Notes under the pieces: model-generated | Seen by the model: the letters and a program-made list of their open reading frames with translations, nothing else | What the model was told of the DNA's origin: nothing | The model's database searches: none | Position numbers and translations under genes: made by a program | NCBI GenBank assembly: GCA_050633305.1 | Contig: JBOEGF010000027.1 | Coordinates: 127,403 to 191,402 of the forward strand | Length of the DNA: 64,000 nt | Source: Nannocystales bacterium | Lineage (GTDB): Bacteria; Myxococcota_A; Polyangia; Nannocystales; Nannocystaceae | Direction of reading: 5' to 3' | Shown here: in pieces, positions 37,203-46,812 of the stretch | Numbering within the stretch: the stretch's first letter is position 1 | Layout of the letters: the number at the start of each line of letters is the position of its first letter

Positions 37203-39806
37203 ATGGACCCACCTGATCTGGCCTCCGAAGACTGCCCGGGGGACAACACCTTGGCCGCGTTGGCCCACGGTCGTCAGGACGTGGATGCGACGTTGAGCGA
37301 GCACCTCGCACAATGCGAGTTGTGTCAGGCGCTGTTGGCCGAGCTGCTACGCGACGACTCGGACGAGGGGGGTCGCTACACGATTCTCGAACTGATCGGC
37401 GTCGGCGGGATGGGCCTGGTCGTTCGCGCCCGGGACACGTTGCTCGAGCGAGAGGTCGCACTGAAGGTCTTGCGCTCCGCAGACGGGGTGACGACCGACA
37501 CGCTTCTGTCCGAAGCCCGCGCGCTGGCGAGGATCGAGCATTCCAACATCGTCACGATCTATGACGCCGGGAGACTGCCACGCCTTGAGACGCCGTTCAT
37601 CGCGATGGAGCTGGTGCGCGGGGAGACGCTGCGGGACTGGTTGCAGCACCCGCGCGGCTGGCCAGAGATCCGAGACGTCTTCCTCGATGCCGCGCGGGGG
37701 TTGGCGGCCGCACATGCTGCAGGGATCGTCCACAGTGACTTCAAGCCCGCCAATGTCCTCATGCCCGAAGACGGGAGCCATGCCCGGGTTACGGATTTCG
37801 GGCTCGCGTTTCGGCCCACCGACACCTCGCCTCGCTTCGGCGGCACCCCTCGGTACATGGCGCCCGAGCAGCGGATCGGAGGGGCGAGCATGCTTGCCGA
37901 CCAGTACGCGTTCGGCGTAGCGCTCTACGAGGCGCTGTACGGCCGGCACCCCTGGCGCGTGGATGTGTGCCCGGCCCCCGGCGCCCCCGGCTCGACCCCG
38001 CGGTGGTTGCGTCGCCTCTGTCGGCGTTGCTTGCGGGACGATCCGGCCGCCCGCTATCCGGCGATGGAGGAGATCGTCCGGGCGATGGCGCGAACCCGGT
38101 TTTCACGAGCCGGCATCGGGCTGGCCGGTGTCTGTCTTGCGGCCATCCCCGTCACGCTCCAGGTTGCCGGAGACGAGTGCGCACGGGACATTGCGGAGCA
38201 TCGAGTTCGCTGGAATGAGCACATTCGGCCCGAGCTGGCGCAAGGACTGGAGGGGGACGATTGGGGGCGCGTACGACCTTCCGCCGACCGTTGGGTCGAG
38301 GGGTGGCTCGAGGCGAAGAGCGAAGCGTGCCGCGCGGAAGCTGCACCTGCGGTGCACCGGTGCCTCGCGGGTCGCTGGGCCACCCTGGAGGCACTCAGCC
38401 GCGATCTGAAGGAAGATGCGCCGCAGCGCCAAAGCACTTGGCAGCTCGCGATTCTGACGCTCCCTTCCGTTCGTGCGTGCCGGAGCGCGACCGGGGACGA
38501 CGCATCGGAAGGGCCGGAGGCGGAGCGACTCACACAGTGCGTGCTGTCCATTGCGGAAGGGCGGGCGAGCTTGCTGCTCGGCGACGCTGAAGGCGCCCAA
38601 CAAAGCCTAGAAGAGGCCGTCCTGCTCGCCGAGCGATATGGTTTTGTGGGGATGCAGGCCCGCGCTGAATTGGCGTTGGCCAAGGCGCATTGGCAGCGCG
38701 CCCAGCCCGACGCCGCATTCGAGGCATTCTCACGGGCGGCCGCGCACGCGATCGCTGCAGACCTCCCCAATGTCGGGGCTACCGCGTTGGCGGAGTCGGC
38801 TCGCTTCGTCGCGATATCCCGGCAGGACTTGGATCTGGCCTGGTCCATGCTCCGTCAGGCACGTGCGTTTCCCGGTCACTCGACCCTCACCGCGATCAAC
38901 CTCGACCGCGTAGAGGCGTGGCTTCTTCACTTGAGCGACGACAGTGAGAACGCGATCGCGCTGATGCGAAGCGTCGTCCATCGAACGGAGGCGGGCGCTC
39001 GAGCCCCGTCCCTTGCCAACGTAACCAATCGCGAAGACCTCGCGCTGGTACTCGACCGGGCCGGCCACTCCGACGCGGCGCTGCGGGAGCTCGCACTTGC
39101 CCTTGAGATGCGGGTTGCTCTGCTCGGGCCGCGACACGCCAGCGTCGCCCGAGCGACCGCGATCCGAGCACTGGTTCTGCAGGGGGAAGATCGGCTCGAG
39201 GAGGCGGTCGAGATGCTTGATACGGTTGTCGAGATTCTTCGGGCTTCACAGGGTCCCGACAGCGAGGCCGTTGCGAGCGTGTGCCTTCAGCGTGCCGACG
39301 TTCTCCTCGACCTGGGCCGAGTCCACGACGCCGCGGTCTCGCTCGAAACACCGCGGCGTGTGTACCTGGACGCTTCGGGTCGCGACGCGGTTCGGGCAAG
39401 CTTGACGCGACAGATCGGCGCGCGACTGGCCCGAATGAATGGCGAGCCAGAGCTTGCCCGGACGATGCTGCGTCAGCTCCTCCAAGAGCATCATCCTCCT
39501 CTCTCACCACAGCGCGAGGCGCTGGTACGAAGAGAGCTAGGCCTGGCTTCGCTGGACCTCGGCGAGCCGGGCGAGGCCGTCGAACACCTACGGCGCGCCC
39601 TGGAGGGCGCGGGGATTCGCGACCCCATCGCACGAGGAGAGGTCGCCTTCGCCCAAGCACAAGCGCTTGCGGCCGCGGACCCCTGCGGCACCGAGGCGAT
39701 TGGGATGGCGTTGGAGGCCCTGAAAACACTTCGTAGCGCGACGTCGAGCCGGGCGTCGGACAAGGCCGATGCGGTGTCGCGATGGCTCGAGACGTGCGGA
39801 GCCTGA
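37203..39806 (+). CDS. Ser/Thr kinase (non-RD) with N-terminal zinc-finger anti-sigma-like domain, TM and TPRs
   Basis: DCPGD...EHLAQCELC; GVGGMGLV, VALK, HSDFKPANV, DFG, GTPRYMAPEQ; start is 37197 or 37203. Confidence 0.9.
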   Translation: MDPPDLASEDCPGDNTLAALAHGRQDVDATLSEHLAQCELCQALLAELLRDDSDEGGRYTILELIGVGGMGLVVRARDTLLEREVALKVLRSADGVTTDTLLSEARALARIEHSNIVTIYDAGRLPRLETPFIAMELVRGETLRDWLQHPRGWPEIRDVFLDAARGLAAAHAAGIVHSDFKPANVLMPEDGSHARVTDFGLAFRPTDTSPRFGGTPRYMAPEQRIGGASMLADQYAFGVALYEALYGRHPWRVDVCPAPGAPGSTPRWLRRLCRRCLRDDPAARYPAMEEIVRAMARTRFSRAGIGLAGVCLAAIPVTLQVAGDECARDIAEHRVRWNEHIRPELAQGLEGDDWGRVRPSADRWVEGWLEAKSEACRAEAAPAVHRCLAGRWATLEALSRDLKEDAPQRQSTWQLAILTLPSVRACRSATGDDASEGPEAERLTQCVLSIAEGRASLLLGDAEGAQQSLEEAVLLAERYGFVGMQARAELALAKAHWQRAQPDAAFEAFSRAAAHAIAADLPNVGATALAESARFVAISRQDLDLAWSMLRQARAFPGHSTLTAINLDRVEAWLLHLSDDSENAIALMRSVVHRTEAGARAPSLANVTNREDLALVLDRAGHSDAALRELALALEMRVALLGPRHASVARATAIRALVLQGEDRLEEAVEMLDTVVEILRASQGPDSEAVASVCLQRADVLLDLGRVHDAAVSLETPRRVYLDASGRDAVRASLTRQIGARLARMNGEPELARTMLRQLLQEHHPPLSPQREALVRRELGLASLDLGEPGEAVEHLRRALEGAGIRDPIARGEVAFAQAQALAAADPCGTEAIGMALEALKTLRSATSSRASDKADAVSRWLETCGA

Positions 39807-39927
39807 GCGGCCCTCTTGGGGCAGGGTGCGGACGTAGAGGGAAGCCAAGCGCAGTCAACAAGACTGCGCGTAAGACTGGGCCAAATCGGAAATCAGTTTC
39901 CGATTTGGCGCCCCCCAAGCCTCGCCC

Positions 39928-40540
39928 TCATGACGCGCTCCAACCGACGCGCACCGTGTTGCAAAGCTTGTCGGTCGCTCGCGAGAGGAACTCAGTCGTC
40001 TTTTTGCGTCGTTCCGCTGCGGCATCGGGTGCAAGTCCCCAGTCGGGCATGGTCGCGAGGGCGGCGGCGGCGAGTTGGCCGTCGTGCCGGAGCAGGTTTC
40101 CAGGCCAGTCGTCACCGTGCAGGAGCAAGGTCCGGCAGCTCGAAGCTTTGCCCCACGTCGGCAGGGCGCCTCTCCACGAGTCGTTCTTGGGTCGGGACGG
40201 CAGGAAGTCGAGCGCCCCCTGCAACGGGTCTTCGCGCGCAGACAACGCGGGCAATGCGAGCGCAGCCACGTCGAGGTCGTGGAGCTGGCGAAGGAATCCT
40301 GCCGCCTGGTGTCGCGACGACTCGAGGTCCGCGGGCCCGATCGCAGTCGTACCAACGATGTGCTCCAAACAGCCGGCCCGAGTCACCACGACGGTGCGTG
40401 ACTCACCGTCGGGGAGCACGACCTCGAGCGCATCGAGATGAGCCGAGCTCGCGTGCCACCGTCCGAAGCTTGTGGTCGGCAGCGCCGAGCCCCGCAATCC
40501 CCGGCACCCAGACGACGACGCGGGGGCCATCGGAGCCATC
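39928..40540 (-). pseudogene. Internally deleted aminoglycoside-phosphotransferase (APH)-family kinase
   Basis: FLRQLH and LLHGDDWPGNLL are present, but the following DWE Mg-binding motif and part of the N-lobe are absent; 5' boundary approximate. Confidence 0.6.
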
Positions 40541-40600
40541 CGCTCGGCCGCCACGACCCACAGGTTGTGAACGGGACCCTCCCGGGGGGATACTCCGGTC

Positions 40601-41305
40601 GTGGACAAGACCTATCCGTCCCCTGAGGCAGCGGTCGAGGACATGACGGACGGCATCACCTTGATGTCGGGAGGCTTCGGCCTGTGCGGCAACCCGGAGC
40701 GTCTCATCGACGCCATCGCTGCCAAGGGCATCACCGCCCTGGACGTCATCTCCAACAACTGCGGCATCGACGACGTCGGCCTGGGCATCCTGCTCGCAAA
40801 AGGCCAGATCAAGAAGATGACCTCGTCATACGTCGGCGAGAACAAGACCTTCGCCGAGCAGTACCTTTCAGGGAAGCTCGAGGTCGAGTTGGTCCCGCAA
40901 GGCACCCTCGCCGAGCGCATCCGGGCCGCGGGCGCCGGCATTGGGGGGTTCTATACGCCGACCGGCTATGGGACTCCTGTCGCGGAGGGAAAGGAAGTGC
41001 GCGAGATCGATGGACGCATGTGCGTGCTCGAGCTTCCGCTGCGGGCCGACTTCGCGATCATCAAGGCCTGGAAGGGCGACACGCACGGCAACCTGGTGTT
41101 CGGCAAGACCGCCAACAACTTCAACCAGGCGATGGCGATGGGCGCCAAGGTCACCATCGCCGAGGTCGAAGAGCTCGTCCCCGCAGGAGAGCTCGACCCC
41201 AACCACATCCACACCCCCGGTATTTTCGTGCAGCGCATCGTCAAGGGCTCGCACTACGACAAACCCATCGAGTTCCGGACCGTCTCGGACCCGGCGTCGA
41301 ACTAG
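40601..41305 (+). CDS. scoA: 3-oxoacid CoA-transferase subunit A
   Basis: GGFGLCGNPE, SSYVGEN, PQGTLAERIRAAGAGI. Confidence 0.93.
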   Translation: MDKTYPSPEAAVEDMTDGITLMSGGFGLCGNPERLIDAIAAKGITALDVISNNCGIDDVGLGILLAKGQIKKMTSSYVGENKTFAEQYLSGKLEVELVPQGTLAERIRAAGAGIGGFYTPTGYGTPVAEGKEVREIDGRMCVLELPLRADFAIIKAWKGDTHGNLVFGKTANNFNQAMAMGAKVTIAEVEELVPAGELDPNHIHTPGIFVQRIVKGSHYDKPIEFRTVSDPASN

Positions 41306-41320
41306 AAGGAGCACCGCGCC

Positions 41321-41977
<657 letters not shown>

Positions 41978-41996
41978 CACGCCCGTGCTCGCGGCG

Positions 41997-42632
41997 CTAC
42001 CCCTGCTGGGCGACGAGTTGCCCGCGCAGCCGCTTCGCCCAGCCATCCAGGTCGCTGGTGGTGGTTTGTAGACGGTCCGGGGAGTCCGCCAAGAGCACCA
42101 GTTGTGCGTCGAGCTTCTCGCGGGCCCGCCGTACTCGGCTCTTCACGGTCCCCTCGGGAATTCCCAGCAGGTCCGCCATCTCCTGACTCGTGAGCTTCTC
42201 CCAGTAAGTCAGCTCGAGGACCACCTGCAGGTCGAGCGGAATGTGCCGAAGTGCCTCCAGCAGTAGCCGTTGCTCCTGGTGTTTCGCGATGACCCGGCTG
42301 GGTGTCGGATCGAGATCGTAGACGGACGTCTTGTCAGCATCGAACTCCGTCTCTCGCCGACTCTTGCGACGGTAGTAGTGCAGCAACTCATAGCGTGCGA
42401 TCCCAAAGAGGAACGAGCGGAAACTGGCCGCGTTCTTGAGGCCGCCGACCTTCTCGAGACAGGCCGAAAATGTCGCCTGCACCAAGTCGCCCCGATCCCC
42501 GCTCACCTTGTTGCCGAAGAATCGTGCGATCGCGTCGTAGTAGCGGGCGAAGAGCACCTCGCCGCTGCGCGTGTCTCCCTCCTTCCACAGTCGCAGGAGT
42601 TCGGCATCAGTCGCGGGCGCCCGGTCAACCAC
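41997..42632 (-). CDS. ECF sigma factor (copy A)
   Basis: DAELL..W..GD, DLVQ.TF, SFRSFLFGIAR, IPEGTVKSRVRRAR; start GTG 42632 or ATG 42638. Confidence 0.92.
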   Translation of the reverse strand: MVDRAPATDAELLRLWKEGDTRSGEVLFARYYDAIARFFGNKVSGDRGDLVQATFSACLEKVGGLKNAASFRSFLFGIARYELLHYYRRKSRRETEFDADKTSVYDLDPTPSRVIAKHQEQRLLLEALRHIPLDLQVVLELTYWEKLTSQEMADLLGIPEGTVKSRVRRAREKLDAQLVLLADSPDRLQTTTSDLDGWAKRLRGQLVAQQG

Positions 42633-42680
42633 GCCCATAGTCTAGGGCACGGCTCGGAGGCCGGCTTCCCGCGAAGAGGC

Positions 42681-43304
42681 TCACTCCGTCGACTCGCTCC
42701 ACTGCGCCCGCAGCTGAGCCGCCCACCCATCGAGGTCACTGGCCGTCGTCTCGAGCAGCGCCGCGGACTTCGCCAGGCGTCGAAGCTGTGCATCGAGTTT
42801 CTCGCGAGCTCGACGAACCCGGCTCTTCACCGTGCCCTCGGGGATCGCCAGAAGGTCCGCCATTTCAGCGCTCGTCAGCTTCTCCCAATACGTCAGCTCG
42901 AGCACGAGCTGTAGGTCGATCGGGATGTGGCGCAGCGCTTCGAGCAGCAACCGTTGCTCTTGGTGTTTCGCGATCACCCGACTGGGGGCGGGATCCATGT
43001 CGTACGCGGAGATGGTTTCGGGGTCGACCTCCGTCTCCCACCGACTCTTGCGCCGGTAGTGGTGCAGCAGTTCGAACCGCGCGATGCCGAAGAGAAACGA
43101 GCGAAAACTCGTCGCGTCCCTCAGGTTGCCGATCTTCTCCAGACAGGTCGAGAACGTGGTTTGCACGAGGTCAGCCCGACCGCGTGTGACCTTGTTGCCG
43201 AAGAACCGGGCAACCGCGTCGTAGTAGCGAGCAAAAAGAAGCTCGCCTCCGCCAATGTCGCCGTCCTTCCAACGCCGAAGAAGCTCCTCGTCGGAGTCCG
43301 CCAC
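42681..43304 (-). CDS. ECF sigma factor (copy B, tandem paralogue)
   Basis: Same motifs as copy A; GTG 6 nt after TATCTT. Confidence 0.92.
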   Translation of the reverse strand: MADSDEELLRRWKDGDIGGGELLFARYYDAVARFFGNKVTRGRADLVQTTFSTCLEKIGNLRDATSFRSFLFGIARFELLHHYRRKSRWETEVDPETISAYDMDPAPSRVIAKHQEQRLLLEALRHIPIDLQLVLELTYWEKLTSAEMADLLAIPEGTVKSRVRRAREKLDAQLRRLAKSAALLETTASDLDGWAAQLRAQWSESTE

Positions 43305-43351
43305 CGGACCAAGATACCCCGGGTGGCGGCCCCTCAGACGCCGAAGCGCAC

Positions 43352-43810
43352 CTACGTGGTCTGCGTGAGCGTGTAGGTCTTCCGCCGGAGTCGAACGTAC
43401 GGGTCCAGCGTCCACACGCCGTCGCCCGAAGGCCCCGTCCACCCCGACGGTGCATCGGTCGCGGGGTTGCTCTGGTCGCTAAGCTTGCACTTGACGGTGT
43501 ACGCGGAGTCACACTGCATGACGTCGCCGGGTTCTGAGAAATCCTGGGTGGCGGTTCGAGCCTTGGCATCCACAGTCCAGCCCTCGACCCAGACCTCGGA
43601 GATCTCGTCGTTCCACGTGATCACCACACGCCCTCTCATCTCGCTCCCGCGGTCGGCCGAGGACTCCAGGACGGCGGCCGTAGTGCTGTTGACGACAATT
43701 CCACCGTGGAACAACTGCGGGTAGTTTCCCGTTCGGTCGGAAACCGTTCGTAGCTCGAGGGTCTTGATGGGTTCGGAAGAGGAGGAGGGGTTGTCACGAT
43801 CAGTCGTCAT
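43352..43810 (-). CDS. Small Ser/Thr-rich hypothetical protein
   Basis: 152 aa, ATGA-coupled to the kinase stop, no signal peptide. Confidence 0.7.
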   Translation of the reverse strand: MTTDRDNPSSSSEPIKTLELRTVSDRTGNYPQLFHGGIVVNSTTAAVLESSADRGSEMRGRVVITWNDEISEVWVEGWTVDAKARTATQDFSEPGDVMQCDSAYTVKCKLSDQSNPATDAPSGWTGPSGDGVWTLDPYVRLRRKTYTLTQTT

Positions 43811-46620
43811 GGTTCGTTTTGCTCGCGGAGTGAGTTCAACACACGTTGTGCCGAGTCGTCGTCAGAAGCAGCAAGAAATCCATCTCGGCTCGCCCGAGCC
43901 AGAGACTGTCCACGCTTGGACTCAACACCGAGAGCCCGGGCCAGCGCCCATTGGGTTTGCGCCAACAGGACGACATCGCCGGGGTGCTCCGTCGCGATCG
44001 CCAACGAGCGCTCGAGAAGCTCTGCTGCCCTGTCGTGATGCCCCTGGGCAACGAGCACGCGGCCGAGTCCCGTCAGTGGGTACGAAAGTCGGGGGTCAGT
44101 GGTGGAGACCTCCCCCTCCAAACGCTTCAGCGCGCTCGAGAAGCGAACGCGAGCTTCTCTGAGGCGGTCGAGTTCAAGCAAGCACTCTCCGAGGTTCGAG
44201 TGGTCCAGTGCCACCAGACCCGGGATCCGTTCGCTCGTGCTCTCGTGCGCCGCCAACACCCGCTCATAGATCTCGAGGGCTTTCTCGGGTTGCTTCAAGC
44301 GCAGGTAGAACGCCGCCAGCGCGCTCTCGTAGTCGGTGCGCTGCGAATCTCCGACCGGGTACGCATCGAGCAGCGTCTCGACGCGCTGCAAGGCACTCAG
44401 TTCGAGCTGCCCTCGCATCGAGTCGAGCTGAGCGCGAGCCAACAGCAGCTGAGCCTGCACCCTGGGCAACCTCCCCGTCTCGAGGATGGGAAGCGCCGCG
44501 TCGAAGTCTGCCGAGGCCGCATCCAGATGACCCACTCCCATGCGGAACAACCCGCGGTTCAACAACGCCGTCCCCACCGAAGGGTGGGACTCGCCGAGTA
44601 GGCGTCGAAAAGCCTGAAGAGCGCGACCGTGCTCGACCTCGGACTCATCGGGCGACCCCGTCCACTCCACGACCCGTGCGCGCGCCTCGAGGGCGTCCGC
44701 GCAAAGCAGGCTGTCCTCTCCAGCGGCCTCTGCACAGTCGCGGAGGGCCTCCTTGCTCGCGGCCTCGGCCGCGTCGAAGTCACCGACCACGAGTGCAAGC
44801 TCCGCATTCGCGTGTGCGAGTTGCGTCCGTCGCTTGGCGCCAGCGCCAGTCCGCTCGAGCTTGGCTTCGGCCACATCACGCCAGCGACGGGCCGCCTGAA
44901 GATCGTCTCTATCGAGCGACAAGAAAACGAGAAGGAGCGCAGCGTCGGCGGCCGCGGTGTCGCATGCGCTGGACTCCGCGAGCTTGAACGCATCCCTCAG
45001 CGACTGCCCCCCGCCATCGGCATCGCGCTGCCGACCGATCTCCGCACGACGAAGCCCGATATCGGCGAGCAACGGCGCGTGGCCAACCTTGGTCGCCAAC
45101 CGCTCCGCGGTCTCCACCAGCGCATCCGCTCGGTCGATGTCCCCCACTGTGAGAGACGCAACACTCTCATCGAGGAGGCTCTGCACGGTCGCGACGTCCG
45201 GCTGTGACGCAGGAGGCGGCTCACCTTGGCCCAGCACCGCCTCCGCCGAGCGACAGTCGTCCAACGATGGAAGGCGCCGGACCACGTCCGCGGCGTGATG
45301 CCGAGGCGCGTCGGTCCCCGCAAGCCCGTCCAGCAGGACATCCACCGTGTTCTCCCTGCGCTCCAAACATGCGCGCTGACGGGCGAGAACCATCTCCGTT
45401 GTCCGCCCGTCGACGCGGGCCGCTTTGCAGGTCGACGCATGCGCTTCGGACCAATCTCTCCCCCATCTGGAGACCGCTGCGTCCAGCGTTTCCCAGGCGG
45501 TGCTCCCCTCCATCGCGGTCTCGAGGGTTGAACGGCGCGGTGGGGACCAGATCCTCGTGGTGGGCGGCTCCGCACAAGGCTGCTCGGGAAGCAGCGCCGT
45601 CCCTGCGGTCGCCAACGCGAGCGCGCCGACGCCGGTCATCCACCATGCTCGACGTCGACGTCCGCGCGCGTTGGGGATCTCCTGCAACGCGTCGACCAAC
45701 GCGGCGAGGTCGGGCCAGCGATCGCTCGGCGACACCGCGAAGCCTCGCCCAACGATCCGCAGGACCGCCCTCGGCGTCCGGCCCGTCCCTCGTTGCACGT
45801 TCCCAGCCTCGATATTGCCGTGGATATCGACGATGCACTTGCCTGCGAACGGACGCACGCCCTCAAGGGCCTCGTACAACGCGACGCAGAACGAGAACTG
45901 GTCGCTGGAGGCGGACACGTCGCCACCGCGCAGCTGCTCAGGCGCCATGTATGCAGGGGTGCCGACCGTCGCCCCGGTCCGCGTCACCGAGACATCCAAC
46001 GAACTCACCGCCGGGAACGTCGCCGCGACATCTTCGTCGAGGAGGTCCGCGGCCCCCCGGGCGAGCCCGAAGTCCAGCACCCGCACCCGCCCCGACTCGC
46101 CGACGATGCAGTTGGATGGCTTGAAATCGCGGTGGACCAGGCCGGCCTCATGCGCCGCCTCGAGGCCGCGGCCCGCCTGGATGAACACGTCGAGTGTGGC
46201 CTCCCACGTTCGTTCCTCGGCCCGCAACCAGGCGTCCAGCGTCTCACCGCGGACCATCTCCATTGCGATGAAGAGTCGTCCGTCGAGGAGCCCGACCTCG
46301 TGCACGGTCACGACGTTGGGATGCGCGAGTTTGGCCAGAGCCAGCGCCTCCCGTCGAAAGCGGTGCTCTGCTTGCCCGACTTCCGCATCCCGCGAGATCA
46401 GCTTCACCGCAACCGTCCGCTGCAGCTCGTCGTCCCAAGCCTCGTAGACGACGCCCATCGCACCGTGGCCGAGGGTATCGGTGACCCGATAGCGCCCAAT
46501 CGTCTGGGGTCGCACAGCACCGCCAAACAGCGCGGCGGCCACCTGCCCCCGCTCACCGAGCAACGAGTCGTCTTCGTGCATCGGAGCCTCGAGGAACCCT
46601 GCGTCGTCCGTCGTGGTCAC
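43807..46620 (-). CDS. Membrane Ser/Thr protein kinase with TPRs
   Basis: GHGAMGVVY, VAVK, HRDFKPSN, DFG, GTPAYMAPEQ, TM, TPRs; AAGGAG upstream of GTG. Confidence 0.92.
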   Translation of the reverse strand: MTTTDDAGFLEAPMHEDDSLLGERGQVAAALFGGAVRPQTIGRYRVTDTLGHGAMGVVYEAWDDELQRTVAVKLISRDAEVGQAEHRFRREALALAKLAHPNVVTVHEVGLLDGRLFIAMEMVRGETLDAWLRAEERTWEATLDVFIQAGRGLEAAHEAGLVHRDFKPSNCIVGESGRVRVLDFGLARGAADLLDEDVAATFPAVSSLDVSVTRTGATVGTPAYMAPEQLRGGDVSASSDQFSFCVALYEALEGVRPFAGKCIVDIHGNIEAGNVQRGTGRTPRAVLRIVGRGFAVSPSDRWPDLAALVDALQEIPNARGRRRRAWWMTGVGALALATAGTALLPEQPCAEPPTTRIWSPPRRSTLETAMEGSTAWETLDAAVSRWGRDWSEAHASTCKAARVDGRTTEMVLARQRACLERRENTVDVLLDGLAGTDAPRHHAADVVRRLPSLDDCRSAEAVLGQGEPPPASQPDVATVQSLLDESVASLTVGDIDRADALVETAERLATKVGHAPLLADIGLRRAEIGRQRDADGGGQSLRDAFKLAESSACDTAAADAALLLVFLSLDRDDLQAARRWRDVAEAKLERTGAGAKRRTQLAHANAELALVVGDFDAAEAASKEALRDCAEAAGEDSLLCADALEARARVVEWTGSPDESEVEHGRALQAFRRLLGESHPSVGTALLNRGLFRMGVGHLDAASADFDAALPILETGRLPRVQAQLLLARAQLDSMRGQLELSALQRVETLLDAYPVGDSQRTDYESALAAFYLRLKQPEKALEIYERVLAAHESTSERIPGLVALDHSNLGECLLELDRLREARVRFSSALKRLEGEVSTTDPRLSYPLTGLGRVLVAQGHHDRAAELLERSLAIATEHPGDVVLLAQTQWALARALGVESKRGQSLARASRDGFLAASDDDSAQRVLNSLREQNEP

Positions 46621-46812
46621 GACCCCCCCACGCTCCTTGTTCGCCGAGTTGTCCACTTCGATAAAGCCCGGTTCGGCGGCCTCGAGATCACAAAAAATCT
46701 CGAAGAGCACGCCTACGCGGATTCTAGGGCGTTTCGCGGAGGTCTGTTGCCGACAATCGAACCGGCCCCATGGCCGCCCTCGACCCCCGGCACGCGGTCT
46801 CACGGCCCCTGG

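Noticed and set aside
23269..40600. Prophage or integrative element at tRNA-Glu
   Set aside because: No integrase, transposase, phage gene or duplicated tRNA 3' end was visible by eye.
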